Of a DNA stretch of 64,000 nucleotides, positions 1-10,755 are shown one piece after another. Source of the DNA: a virus (lineage: Duplodnaviria > Caudoviricetes); the IMG/VR virus record IMGVR_UViG_3300010885_031309; one strand, written 5' to 3'. The stretch's first letter is position 1. Each line of letters starts with the position of its first letter. A program made the position numbers and the translations under genes. The notes under the pieces were generated by a model, which was not told the DNA's origin, did not search any database, and saw nothing but the letters and a program-made list of their open reading frames with translations.

Positions 1-983
1 ACAAAATAATGTAAATTTTCAACCATAAAGTGTTCGTATATATTATTCTCAAGAATGTCTAATTTGCGTAGAACTTCATCATCACTTAGTGATTTGATTT
101 TATTTAACACTTGTTGCGAAACAACGTTAAAATAATCTGGAAATTCATAAAACATGATAGTTTTGAGACATTGAATACCGTATTGGCAAATTGTTTTAGT
201 AACTTCATGCAGTTCTTTTTTGTCAGCAAACATGGCCCATTTATCAATTCCGGGAATGCCTCGTATGAATTTTTCTATATTAGGAAATCTAGCTAAAATT
301 TTCTCAACAGATACAAATCTGTTGCGCTCGTCCATTAACTCAAGATTTTCAACATGTAATTGATATTTTTCATTTTCATAGGCTTCACGCTGCGGTATAA
401 AAATGTATAGAGGTCCGCGTTCGTTGTACACTTTGAATCTGTTGTTAGTATAACTGGCAGTACACCAATGTATAGAACCAAATTTTCTAGCAGCAGCTTC
501 ATTTTCTGGAACAATAACAGTAACATCCGATGTTTTGTAAACTACCTTGTGTCTAGGCTCTTCTTTCTCTCGTTGTTGCTCTGGTAGTTTGTATTTTGCC
601 AATGCAGTCATTAGACTTTGTAAATCTTTGAATTTATTAATATCTCTTTCTTCAGCACTTAGTAAATTAGCAGACTTCAAAGCATGAAATTTTTTAATTG
701 CGTCAGCGGAAACACTTAGTAAGTCTTCTAGTATTATTGCGGTATTAGCATATAATCTAGCCAGCCACTGAGTATATTCTTTGTTTCTGGTTGGATCAAC
801 TTTTTCTATTTCTTCTAGTATTTTATTTACAGTTTCTACAGAGTTATTCTGTAATTTCTCTTGCGAGATTATACCTAGCGTAATTGCCGATTGGTCTCTT
901 TTTATCTTGTCAATCAGTTTTGCTCCATAATTTTGAGCGGTAACATCTCTCCGATATTCTAGTATAAATTCGCGTGTTAACAT
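1..983 (-). CDS. Hypothetical protein, 3'-truncated by window start (begins MLTREFILEYRRDVTAQNYG)
   Basis: ATG at 983-981; frame is open at both ends I translated; absent from ORF track, consistent with no stop inside the window. Confidence 0.75.
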   Translation of the reverse strand, partial: MLTREFILEYRRDVTAQNYGAKLIDKIKRDQSAITLGIISQEKLQNNSVETVNKILEEIEKVDPTRNKEYTQWLARLYANTAIILEDLLSVSADAIKKFHALKSANLLSAEERDINKFKDLQSLMTALAKYKLPEQQREKEEPRHKVVYKTSDVTVIVPENEAAARKFGSIHWCTASYTNNRFKVYNERGPLYIFIPQREAYENEKYQLHVENLELMDERNRFVSVEKILARFPNIEKFIRGIPGIDKWAMFADKKELHEVTKTICQYGIQCLKTIMFYEFPDYFNVVSQQVLNKIKSLSDDEVLRKLDILENNIYEHFMVENLHYF

Positions 984-985
984 GA

Positions 986-1972
986 TTATGATTTATTGTT
1001 AGCCCATTTTTTCTTGAGATAATCTTGCAACTGTTTAAGATTCGCTAGACGATTTCTACTCATGAAATCATTGATAGGTATCAGTAACTGATATTCAGGA
1101 TTATCAGGACTACGTGCTGCATTGTGCATATCGTTCTGCAAACTACTGAATGTATCGCTGTAATAATTTAGATTATATCGCAGCTTGTCTGCTTTGTCAC
1201 TCAACTTGTCCTTTTGTGGATCTTTGTTGATCAGTTCTATCCAGTATGCTGGACTGTTGTAATACAAATCAGTTCTTGAAGGGCGGAAATAAGGTGTAAC
1301 AGCCTTACCAGACAGTAGAGTCTTTCCATACTGACTGTTCGGATCAATTCTATACTGTTCACGCTGAGACATCCATGACTGCTTGTTATCATACAAGTAT
1401 ACTGGAATATCTCGTGCGGCGCCTAATTCAATGATTCGACGAATTTCTGCTGCACGATATCCGCGGCGTTCTGGATCACTGTATGATGGCAATTTTTCTA
1501 CTGGTCTGACGAACACGTGAATGGCTAAGGTAGAACCACGTAGCGGTATAGCATTACTCTTACTGAATACACGATCTTCACTCTCACTAGTGCGACTAGG
1601 ATCACTTGCGAACATACTACGCTTGCGCTCTGCTGGTATGTTCTTCCATTCACCTCGCTTCAACTTATTGGGTACCATTGACCAATAATCTACGGGCTTT
1701 GTTTCATAATGATTATTCAGCCAACGACCATCCAGCACAAACATTGCGCCACTGTCACCTGCTTTTTGAACGTGATAGTCGCCAACTTTACTGCGTGTAG
1801 TAGCAAGATACCAATGCTTGCCAGAAGGCATCATCTTTTCTTCAACATCCATTCCAGTGCTACTCTCTAGACTGTAATGATTGTCTGCGAGTGTTCGCAC
1901 AGCATCGTGTGTGGGCATGTAATGATACACAATGTCAGTTGCTGCTTCGGTGATGAAGTCGTTTGCTCTCAT
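986..1972 (-). CDS. Hypothetical protein (MRANDFITE N-terminus typical of jumbo-phage head-associated proteins)
   Basis: 328 aa ORF. Confidence 0.7.
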   Translation of the reverse strand: MRANDFITEAATDIVYHYMPTHDAVRTLADNHYSLESSTGMDVEEKMMPSGKHWYLATTRSKVGDYHVQKAGDSGAMFVLDGRWLNNHYETKPVDYWSMVPNKLKRGEWKNIPAERKRSMFASDPSRTSESEDRVFSKSNAIPLRGSTLAIHVFVRPVEKLPSYSDPERRGYRAAEIRRIIELGAARDIPVYLYDNKQSWMSQREQYRIDPNSQYGKTLLSGKAVTPYFRPSRTDLYYNSPAYWIELINKDPQKDKLSDKADKLRYNLNYYSDTFSSLQNDMHNAARSPDNPEYQLLIPINDFMSRNRLANLKQLQDYLKKKWANNKS

Positions 1973-1978
1973 TTTAAT

Positions 1979-2695
1979 TTACCAGAATTTACAGGACCAG
2001 TACCTAGCTTTGTGGCGAGGCCCAGGATTTGCACAGTTGTGTCTGGCTCTAAAACTCTTGCGACGAGCAGGATTGCTCTTCTTAATCTTCATATTCTTGT
2101 CGCCAAAATTAACTTTTACAACATTTCCTTTTGGATTTTTTACATACACACTGCGCTTTTTTGGACCATCTGGCGTAAGAAACGGTTTTCCTAATGACAC
2201 TTTACGACCCTGATATTCATCTTCATCTAAAACCTTAAATGTACTCTTTAGTCTGTTTACTTTGCTCAGCACCATCTTCTTCAAAAACTCAGGATCATCA
2301 CTATTAACATCATTGGCGCCAGCGCGAAAGCCCTTGACAAAACTATCATCTGCTGTTAAGTTGGGCGTAGTTTCGGCCGCTGTCTGAATAGCTCTGGCTA
2401 CTATAGTCATATCATTTTCTCCAATGAAACTTCTTATAGTTTTGAACTTATCTCCTATTGCACGATCAACTCCGATAATGTATCCAATGCTTTCTAATCC
2501 CCCATGCCCCGCATGACGCTCTACTTGTCGTTTAAGAAAATCAAATACATTCTCGTTTACGATCTCAATAACATATCCATCATGTGTTGTGTCACTAATA
2601 GTTGCTTCAATTAGCGTATCACCACACTCTACTTGAAGTATGTCTCCCACAGTGGGTTCATAAGTTGTAATGTCTTTAATCATCATAATGATCAT
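1979..2695 (-). CDS. Conserved phage protein with basic C-terminal domain (KVNFGDKNMKIKK...RARHNC...KARYWSC)
   Basis: C-terminal motif recognised from T4-like/cyanophage hypothetical proteins. Confidence 0.7.
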   Translation of the reverse strand: MIIMMIKDITTYEPTVGDILQVECGDTLIEATISDTTHDGYVIEIVNENVFDFLKRQVERHAGHGGLESIGYIIGVDRAIGDKFKTIRSFIGENDMTIVARAIQTAAETTPNLTADDSFVKGFRAGANDVNSDDPEFLKKMVLSKVNRLKSTFKVLDEDEYQGRKVSLGKPFLTPDGPKKRSVYVKNPKGNVVKVNFGDKNMKIKKSNPARRKSFRARHNCANPGPRHKARYWSCKFW

Positions 2696-2721
2696 TCTCC
2701 TCTACTATTTAGCATAATACT

Positions 2722-3162
2722 ATGTATTACGCTAATCAAATATATGAGACTATATACCAAAAACTGCCAATATTAAATACTATACTGAAGTATGGGAATA
2801 TTATGACTGATCCTTCTAGTTATATTACAGCAAAGCTAGCGGCAATGATAGGTGGATTCATTGGAGGGTCAACCATATTAACATTTATTAGACCTAAAAC
2901 AATAGGTGAAGCATTCATGCGTGGTGGAACTAGCGTTGGCAGTTCCATGATTTTTAGTACACCTCTACTGCATGCGCTCGGGTGGCCAACTGATTGGGAA
3001 ACACAATTAATGGCAGGATTCTGCATTGGGTTTGTATCCTACAGTATTCTTGGAATGGTTGCTAATTTTTTCATAAAGAAAAAGGACAACGACATAGTAG
3101 AAGTTGTTACTGATCTAAGATCAGCTATATCATCAAAAACAGATAAACCCAAATCGGAGTAA
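2722..3162 (+). CDS. Holin-like membrane protein (true start probably MTDPSS)
   Basis: 2-3 hydrophobic Gly-rich segments and a charged C-tail. Confidence 0.55.
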   Translation: MYYANQIYETIYQKLPILNTILKYGNIMTDPSSYITAKLAAMIGGFIGGSTILTFIRPKTIGEAFMRGGTSVGSSMIFSTPLLHALGWPTDWETQLMAGFCIGFVSYSILGMVANFFIKKKDNDIVEVVTDLRSAISSKTDKPKSE

Positions 3163-3165
3163 CAA

Positions 3166-3522
3166 ATGTTTGGTTCTATTTCGTTGTTCTTTTTTACAAT
3201 ACAAGGCTACGCACTATATCTTAATTTTGCGTTTTTGCTCATGGCATTTATTGGAAGTCTGTATGTGGCAATACATTCCGAAACCATTCCAAATTGGATT
3301 AGAACTCCATTATGGTATATTGGATGCTCATGTTTTATTGTAGCAATATCAATAGTGTGTGAATGGACACTTGGTCCACAGTACCTATTTTCTTATAGCA
3401 GATTTGGATTAATTGGTCAAACAGCAGTAAACTTTTTTATAGCACTGACATCATTGATTATGTTAATTCATACTGTTTGGGTAGATATTAAACGAGCGAA
3501 GTTAAGAAGAAAAGACAAATGA
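3166..3522 (+). CDS. Small multi-TM membrane protein, partner of the holin-like gene
   Basis: Three hydrophobic segments, basic C-terminus, 3 bp after the previous gene. Confidence 0.55.
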   Translation: MFGSISLFFFTIQGYALYLNFAFLLMAFIGSLYVAIHSETIPNWIRTPLWYIGCSCFIVAISIVCEWTLGPQYLFSYSRFGLIGQTAVNFFIALTSLIMLIHTVWVDIKRAKLRRKDK

Positions 3523-3667
3523 TATACGATATGTATTTTGATTTGTTAATGATGATGTGGCTACAGTGCTACTACACACCATTTCTAATCATTGGTGCCA
3601 CTGCTTGATTTTTTAAGAATCACGACAATCACAAACTATATATTTTTAGTCTGTGAGTAGTTCATTT

Positions 3668-4489
3668 TCATGCCCACCTCAACACTGCCCACATTCTATC
3701 TTGTGCATTGCCGATATACCAAGTATCTAGATTTTTGTGATCAAAAGAATTTGTAGGGTCGCCCGTACTTGCGCCCATGTACTCGCAAACAACGTCATTT
3801 TCCTGGCACCAGTACCAAAACTGCTCACGATATTGATATTGAATTTTAAACATTAGCTCCATCTCAACACAAACAAAGTAGCATCTCGGTCATTACGAAA
3901 AGTAAAATAAATGTTTCCATAACTTTGATCAACAGACCACAACACTTCGGGATCCCAAAATGCTCTGCTGTCAAAATATGCTCCCTTGCCGATTTGCGTT
4001 TCACACCACTTATAACGCTGATCTGGTTGGGTAAAGTTAGATGCTATAGTTCCTAAGTTTATGGTTTTCACGACAACCACCTTAACGCAAACAGTGCAGC
4101 ATCTTTATCGTTCTTAAAAAACCATTGATAGGTTCCTGGATTCTTACTGCGAGTGCCTGCCCAAAATACGCACCACTTTCCGTTACGATTTCGCGTAGCA
4201 ACCCAACGCTCTCCGAATTGTTCTTCGCACCACCGTTTAGCAGGCTCAACAATCTTTTTTGATGTAATGACCTGGTGTGGTAAATCTTTCACGGCAACCA
4301 CCTCAACGCAAAGAATACGGCATCTTTCTCTTCACCGAAATAGTAACTAATACTGTCACAGCCTCCATGAACAGATTTCATTTTTCCGTGATGAGCCATA
4401 GCGTTAGTAATATAACTAGGACAGTTCTCCTTAGCCCAATCTAGTGCTTGCCACACGGGATCATAAGGCAGTGTAACAACAGCACTCAT
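3668..4489 (-). CDS. Tandem array of four small paralogues ending F.LRW (3668-3862, 3853-4080, 4068-4301, 4289-4489)
   Basis: Shared W(C/A) and (D)A..F.LRW motifs; overlapping start/stop codons. Confidence 0.75.
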
Positions 4490-4492
4490 TTA

Positions 4493-4846
4493 TCACTTAT
4501 TTTTCTTGTGTTGTTCTAACTCAGAAATTGATTTCTTTATTGTCTCTGAAAAATTCAGCGCCGCCTGCTTACTCAGTAGCATACTATGCTGCTGTTTATG
4601 AATGCCCTTGAACAATATGTTCCATGCTGCTGCTACACGATCAAGAAAATTATTAAATACGGGAGTCCATAAATTAGCATAGATGATCATTTCAATGAGT
4701 TGAGTATCATCTGCGTTTACTTCAATCCATACATCCAGTGCGTGATCCGCACTTGTACATTCACACTCAACATGATAACTTTTATAAGTGTCTGTGTCAG
4801 ATGTTTGAGAAATTCCCTCTGCGGGTCGTTGATATTCTATGTCCAT
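4493..4846 (-). CDS. Hypothetical protein
   Basis: 117 aa ORF in operon. Confidence 0.6.
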   Translation of the reverse strand: MDIEYQRPAEGISQTSDTDTYKSYHVECECTSADHALDVWIEVNADDTQLIEMIIYANLWTPVFNNFLDRVAAAWNILFKGIHKQQHSMLLSKQAALNFSETIKKSISELEQHKKNK

Positions 4847-5697
4847 AAATGATTCCTAATCTTAATTAATCTGACCATCATCGCTTCTTCTTCGTCATTT
4901 TGCTCTTTTTCAATCTTACCGAGTAGTTCTAAAACGCGGCTAGTTTCTTCACGCTCGCTTTTGCTCTCATTGTCTGAACCTAAGATTGAAAAATCATCAG
5001 CATCTGGGTCTTCTTCTTTGATTTTTTGACGACGATGATCACACAGCGCACTCCATCCACTTAGTTCATGTGGATCTTTGCGATTTGGATAAACTTCCTT
5101 CCACCAGATATACAATTCTAAAATTTCTTTAGCTGCGATTGCTTGTCCGGTTTGCTCTGCTAGATGCTTTTCATCTTCATCTAACCACTCTTCGTTAGTT
5201 AGTGTAATCTCCCACTTTAGATGTTCAAGTCCAGCTTCTGCTGAGCGCCAGTTGCGCCAGCGAAACCAACCCCAACTCCAAAATGGCACATTGTATTTTT
5301 TACGAGCTTCTTTGCTCCAAGCAATATTGCTCCAAGCTTTTTCTATTTCAACAAAATCAACAAGCTCATTGAAAAGACAAGGCAGAAAACGGTTCCCCAC
5401 ATCTCTCCAAGTACCAGGTTTGATATCCTTCGGATGAGCAGTAAGACTATGAGTACGAGTAACAAAGCGATTATTAATGTAGTATTTAATATCATATAGT
5501 TTGTCTGTGGGCCACCAAATAGCGCCCTGAATTTTATCTAACGCTTCTTCTGCTAGCCAATAGCGTAGTGGATGTGTAGTTTTGGCCTGCTTATTCCACT
5601 TACGCCACCCTTCTCCAGTTTGAGCACCTGGCTTTGCAGTTCCGCGCAACCAGTTAGCAAATTTAGTGCAACTCCAATAATGTGTTCTTGATCTCAT
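4837..5697 (-). CDS. Conserved Trp-rich hypothetical phage protein
   Basis: 286 aa ORF. Confidence 0.7.
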   Translation of the reverse strand: MRSRTHYWSCTKFANWLRGTAKPGAQTGEGWRKWNKQAKTTHPLRYWLAEEALDKIQGAIWWPTDKLYDIKYYINNRFVTRTHSLTAHPKDIKPGTWRDVGNRFLPCLFNELVDFVEIEKAWSNIAWSKEARKKYNVPFWSWGWFRWRNWRSAEAGLEHLKWEITLTNEEWLDEDEKHLAEQTGQAIAAKEILELYIWWKEVYPNRKDPHELSGWSALCDHRRQKIKEEDPDADDFSILGSDNESKSEREETSRVLELLGKIEKEQNDEEEAMMVRLIKIRNHLWT

Positions 5698-5750
5698 GTT
5701 TGATATTTTAATTTAAGTTTTAAAAAAAAGCAAGTGATTACTTGTCCTAA

Positions 5751-6498
5751 TTATATTTGAACTGGACCTAAATCTGAATGTTTCAACAGAAATGTAAGTG
5801 CTAATTTTTCGTTATATAGTGTAATGTGAAGTCTAGAGGGAGTGTTAACATAATTATGTTCTACGAATTTTTCTTCTGAGCGATAATAAGAAAAATCCCA
5901 ATCAACGCCCTGTACAAAATTGTCAATTCGTAACTGTTCAACTAACTTTAAGCAGTCAGTGACTTCTACATTATAGATACAATAGGTAATCATAGCCAAT
6001 TAAAAGTAAATGCGGTAGCTGTTTCGTCATCAAGTAGATAGATACGCAGATTAAATTCGCTTACTTCCCAACACCATTTTTTATTGAAATAGTCTTTAGA
6101 TGCATCATAAAAATCAAGTTCGCAACTTGGTCCCCATGTGTTCCAACACCACACTCTCCAATTACAAAAGATTTCATTTCTATCAGATACTTTCGGGCTA
6201 TATACAAACGGAACAGAAACAAAAAACTTGAATTTACCGTATGCTTTATGTCTTTTGTCTAATGTTGTAAGTGCAAATTCTTTTTTCATGTCCATCTTAA
6301 ACTAAACGCTGTAACATCGTGTTCATCATCAAATGAGAACTCATATGCATTGCCATACTGAAAGCAATCTGCCTGATAATTTGTTATAGACCAATTTCCA
6401 CGACAATTATCTCTGCACCAATTCATAATGTGTTTTAGTTGTCCAAACTCAACTGTAACATTAACTTGTGTGCTGATAGTGTTCAACATTAACGCCAC
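5751..6498 (-). CDS. Three more members of the F.LRW small paralogue family (5751-5999, 5990-6295, 6286-6498)
   Basis: C-termini TFLLKHS, AFTFNWL, AFSLRWT; W(C) motif in two. Confidence 0.65.
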
Positions 6499-7003
6499 TC
6501 TTTTCTAAGAATTCCACTCCAGCCGAGTCGCGATATGATGCACGATAAAACAACTTAGTTACACCACTCTGATATATCAATTTAGCACACTGTAAACATG
6601 GAGCATGAGTACAAAACATTGTTGATTCGGCACTACTCTCTGCACTTTTAGCAATTTTCATCAAGCAATTTGCCTCTGAATGTAGAACTTCTGGTTTAGT
6701 TTTGAGTCTATAGCGACCTTGCATTTCGTTACCAGCGGCATCTAAGTATGTGCCCTCATGGGGCCAGCCCTCTTCTATTTCTTCAGAACTTAGCCAGCCA
6801 CCACCACTGCACCACTCTACATCTTCACAGTCATTGTCCCAACCGCTGGGCATACCATTCCAACCGTAACTGATAATGTTGTTGTTTTTGACTAGAATAC
6901 TTCCAACTTTTAGTCTGTTAGCATAACTCATCTGCGAAACTCGCAATGCAATATCCATATAAAAATCATTATATTTTTTATTTTTAGCTAAGATATCAGT
7001 CAT
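6461..7003 (-). CDS. dCMP deaminase
   Basis: VGSILVK..GWNG, HSE(ANCL) and PCLQC zinc motifs. Confidence 0.9.
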   Translation of the reverse strand: MTDILAKNKKYNDFYMDIALRVSQMSYANRLKVGSILVKNNNIISYGWNGMPSGWDNDCEDVEWCSGGGWLSSEEIEEGWPHEGTYLDAAGNEMQGRYRLKTKPEVLHSEANCLMKIAKSAESSAESTMFCTHAPCLQCAKLIYQSGVTKLFYRASYRDSAGVEFLEKSGVNVEHYQHTS

Positions 7004-7008
7004 ACTAA

Positions 7009-7622
7009 TTAGTTCTTTATGTAATTATCTTTAATCCAACGGTCAGAAATATTTGTGTCTTTGAAATAATACAATGTACCAAATAGATTGTATTTCTCGC
7101 AAAATGCTTGTCCAAATCTTTTATCGGCCAATGCGTACATTACATATTCTCGTTTGAATAGTTCATATTCCTGTGTTGAAATGATGAAGTCTTCACGCGG
7201 CAACAACTGACTGTAGTGTGCATTAATCATGTTTCAACATCCTGATCGGCAATAACTACTTTTCCGTCAATAAAACAATAATATTGATTATCAATGATAT
7301 TCTTAAACATAGCTACTAGCTTAGCATCTAGCCTACAAAATGCACCGGCTGCATCATCCAAGCTTGCACCCTGACACACAAAAGCATTGCTTTCCTTGTC
7401 AAAGAAATAATGCACATTATTAATGTGCTCATGAACAAGCATGATTCCATCTCTGACGATATCCTCAGATGCGTTGTCTGTAGTCTCTGTTTGAGCAATC
7501 TTGTTGTTGACACTATTATAGAACTGTTTAACATTATGCAACATAGAATAGTGAGCGTAGAAATATCCCCCAGCCCAACAAATTGCCATAATAACTGCCA
7601 GAATTAATGCATCGTAAATCAT
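7009..7622 (-). CDS. Two hypothetical proteins (7009-7230; 7227-7622 with N-terminal TM)
   Basis: ORF track; coupled stop/start. Confidence 0.6.
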
Positions 7623-7626
7623 AGTA

Positions 7627-7905
7627 TTACTTATTCAGAATAGATTGATCAATGTTACTCCAGCACTTGAGTTTTTCAAGTTTTGCTTGTTTTGCACACA
7701 TCAAACTATCATATGACACTATATTCATGTCCTGTAATAATTCAATCATACATAGCAAGTCTCCAAATTCTTCTTCTAGGTGTTCGCGATTTGTTTTTGG
7801 TTTGCCTGGTTTATAAGCGTCCATACCAAATCGTTGACATTTTGAAATTGCCTGAATAACTTCAGCACACTCTTCAGATAGTATCAATAGTAGTTCGTCT
7901 TGCAT
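7627..7905 (-). CDS. MazG-like NTP pyrophosphohydrolase
   Basis: EECAEV...EEFGDL acidic motif. Confidence 0.8.
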   Translation of the reverse strand: MQDELLLILSEECAEVIQAISKCQRFGMDAYKPGKPKTNREHLEEEFGDLLCMIELLQDMNIVSYDSLMCAKQAKLEKLKCWSNIDQSILNK

Positions 7906-7915
7906 AGTTAGAAAA

Positions 7916-7947
7916 TAAAAAAGGCAAAGCGTTGCCTTGCCTTTGTG
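7916..7947 (-). terminator. Intrinsic terminator
   Basis: AAAGGCAA...TTTGCCTT hairpin followed by T-run on the minus strand. Confidence 0.55.
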
Positions 7948-7962
7948 TTACACGATTACCTA

Positions 7963-8229
7963 TCAAGCTTGCTCTGAAGCTAGAGCACGATAGCCTGCTG
8001 CAACAACCTCACGACTTGGAGTGCCAAGCCGATACTTGAAGCTGCGACGACCCTCACTGTTGGTATATGGATTAGCATAGATTGCAAATCCACCACGCAA
8101 ACGAAGATCACTGATGGTAGCAGTTGGGTTTCCAATACCAAAACGGGTTGCAATTTGCTTGGCAGTTAGTTGTTCTCCGCTCTTCAAAGTTTCTAGTAGA
8201 CGAGATTGCTTAGTTAGTGTTTTGTTCAT
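7963..8229 (-). CDS. Winged-helix/HTH DNA-binding protein conserved in T4-like phages
   Basis: LTAKQIATRFGIGNPTATISDLR HTH; YRLGTPSREVVAAGY motif. Confidence 0.65.
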   Translation of the reverse strand: MNKTLTKQSRLLETLKSGEQLTAKQIATRFGIGNPTATISDLRLRGGFAIYANPYTNSEGRRSFKYRLGTPSREVVAAGYRALASEQA

Positions 8230-8311
8230 GTTTTTTCCTTCTAATTGTTCGTTGTTTTCTCAACGTAGAACGATTATTGCACGACGCGCATGTCATGTCA
8301 ATATAGAACGG

Positions 8312-9169
8312 TCAAATCTCTACCGAAATCAGCAGATACGGTTCTTCCTGTTGTGTTCCACGATCAACGCCTACATATCCACGTGGATTAGAAATCACCC
8401 GAGTATCTCCAATTTCATAATTTACTGAATCATGCATGTGTCCATGTAACCAGTACTTAATCTGCGGCCGATCCAAAATGAATTCGCTCAAGTCACTATA
8501 GTATGCACCATTCATTAGTGTTTCATGCTTGAAACGTTCATTGACACTTAAGTGTGATGGCGCCATGTGACTAACTACTACAATCTTGTGATCCTTGCGT
8601 TCATCAATAACAGTTTTGAAGTAGTCTAGTGTATCACGATGTCGTCTTAGCACATGAACAGGGCGAATTTTAGCGTAGTTCATACCATCGTGTCTGATCA
8701 TGCGATAATCATTCATCATGTCGCGGATGGCATGAATAGTCATTGGATCACCTTTATTGAAATCGGTCCATAGTGTTCCGCCAACAAAAGTAACTTCGTC
8801 AATAGTAACAAGATCTCGCTCTAGAAAGTGTACGTTAGTACACTTGCCGTACTCATTTCGCAGCGTTTGAATGCTCGCTATCCACTTGCCGTGATAAAAT
8901 TCATGGTTTCCCGCGATCACAACAACATGCTTAAACTGAAAGCTAACACGCTTGATGAAGTCACGATACTCCATAGCTTTGCGCTGTCTAGATCCAAGTA
9001 TTTTGATGATTTCTGGCTTGTACGGTGTAGCTGGTTCCGGATGATCGTGTAGATCAGCAGCAACCATGATATCGCCAGCCAACACCAATACATCTGCATC
9101 AACTGTATTTTGCAGATTTAGATCACCGAATTCCAGATGTAAATCACTGGCGATTGCAATTTTGAGCAT
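8312..9169 (-). CDS. Calcineurin-like metallophosphoesterase
   Basis: SDLH, AGD, GNHE, SHMAP, HGHMH motifs. Confidence 0.9.
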   Translation of the reverse strand: MLKIAIASDLHLEFGDLNLQNTVDADVLVLAGDIMVAADLHDHPEPATPYKPEIIKILGSRQRKAMEYRDFIKRVSFQFKHVVVIAGNHEFYHGKWIASIQTLRNEYGKCTNVHFLERDLVTIDEVTFVGGTLWTDFNKGDPMTIHAIRDMMNDYRMIRHDGMNYAKIRPVHVLRRHRDTLDYFKTVIDERKDHKIVVVSHMAPSHLSVNERFKHETLMNGAYYSDLSEFILDRPQIKYWLHGHMHDSVNYEIGDTRVISNPRGYVGVDRGTQQEEPYLLISVEI

Positions 9170-9180
9170 GAATATATTTA

Positions 9181-9546
9181 TTAATTCACTGATTCAGTGT
9201 GCTTACACTTTCGCCTAAAGGCAAATCCGGGACATGTGCAAGTAATTCTACCAGCAATCTTACTTACAAAATACTTCTTTCCGCCGCTGCCAGTAATCTC
9301 AATTACTTCACCCACTGGCTTGTCTTCTGTCTTGGGAAAGTAAACACTATCACTTTCACCTCGCTCTGACAGCACAACAAACTTGCGACCCTTGGCATCA
9401 AAATTCATTGGCTTACTGAACTTGACTAACTTTTTTGTTCCAGATTTTATATAACCTACCATCTTACGCTTGTCATCAGTAAGATAATAGATATGATTTT
9501 GAACACTACCGGTGTTCCACTCAGTAACTTCTTGAAAGTATTTCAT
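9181..9546 (-). CDS. SWIM zinc-finger protein
   Basis: CTCPGFAFRRKCKH. Confidence 0.75.
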   Translation of the reverse strand: MKYFQEVTEWNTGSVQNHIYYLTDDKRKMVGYIKSGTKKLVKFSKPMNFDAKGRKFVVLSERGESDSVYFPKTEDKPVGEVIEITGSGGKKYFVSKIAGRITCTCPGFAFRRKCKHTESVN

Positions 9547-9549
9547 TGC

Positions 9550-10755
9550 TCAGCCAAACTCAGCATAAATCTCAGCAGCATCGGCCTGCTGAAGATCGCG
9601 AATTGCCATTACCGCATCGTATTCAGTGTCAGTCTCACAGACGATTTCCCAGTAACGATTTCCTTTTCCATCATCGGTAATGAGCTCCAGAACCATATAA
9701 GTCTGTTCGTCACTGTCAAACCGAATCTCGTACTTGGACATATCTATCTCCTATCTAACTTGAATGCAGTATATCACCGAACCAATTTATTGTCAAGCGA
9801 GTACCACAATACGTGGAAATTCTGGATTGTCCATAAATGAATTACCCTGCACTGGGGCCGTAAAAAAATCAGTTTTAAATTTCCGATCTTCTACGCCTTG
9901 CCATACACGCTTGATGAATCGTGCACGAAAAGCACCGTCCCACTGAATGGCTACAACCTTACCAACCATGTAGCAGTCATCAATGCCATTGAAATCCAAG
10001 GACTTGACGATATCACCAACACGCATTTTTTGCTCCGTTGTCTAACTCAATGAATACTTTTACTTCCTTGGTCCTGGCAATACAGCAATCAAAAAACTCA
10101 CAACAATGTAAGCCAGAGCACCAAGCAAAAACATAACAGTCATCATTTTATTTTCTATCACAGTACATCAAATTGTACGTAGAATTCTTGGTTGTCTACA
10201 GTAATCAAATGAGAAATCCCATTAGGAACGCCGCTCCAACCATGCTTGACGCGCCCCATTTGACGCTCACCAGCCAGCTTCTCAGCAGTGAGCCACACTG
10301 CAACACGGTGCTTGGTAGTGGCGAACCGATCAGAAATCTCGCCTACAGTCATGTAGAGGCCCAATCCGTCAATCATAACGCGAATCTTTTGGCTATTCTT
10401 GAAACCGTTGATCAGAGTCTTGGTACGCATAACTAACCTCGTTTTCTAACTTGAATACAGTATATCAGAATTGGGATTTATTGTCAAATTATCTTGCAAG
10501 AATTTTTACGGTCTCTACATGAAGAGTGTTCATTTCTTCAGTTGACATATAGAAGTCAGTCAGTGGGTTCCAATACTCACCTTCCTTGGGATCGTAGTAA
10601 AGAACTTGACCAGTCACATAGAAGAAAGGACCTTCCAATCCTACACGAGGTTGCCACTTTGCATCGCGATTAGTCAGAATCTTGTATCCCACGAAAATCT
10701 CCGATCTGTCAGTGTCAATACTTAGTATTGTATTGAAAAATTGATTTATTGTCAA
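9550..10755 (-). CDS. Four small early-gene hypotheticals (9550-9741, 9793-10026, 10158-10430, 10489-10755)
   Basis: RBS-preceded ORFs interspersed with sigma70-like promoters. Confidence 0.6.
9768..9796 (-). promoter_or_regulatory. Early sigma70-like promoter TTGACAataaat-N-TATACT
   Basis: -35 at 9791-9796, -10 at 9768-9773, 17 bp spacer; same family at 10459-10487, 25916-25944, 27800-27828, 28074-28102, 28430-28458, 28652-28680, 31701-31729, 41505-41533, 41851-41879, 42223-42251, 42719-42747. Confidence 0.85.

Noticed and set aside
111-526. Short ORFs 111-296 and 335-526
   Set aside because: They overlap the long minus-strand frame running from 983 off the window start
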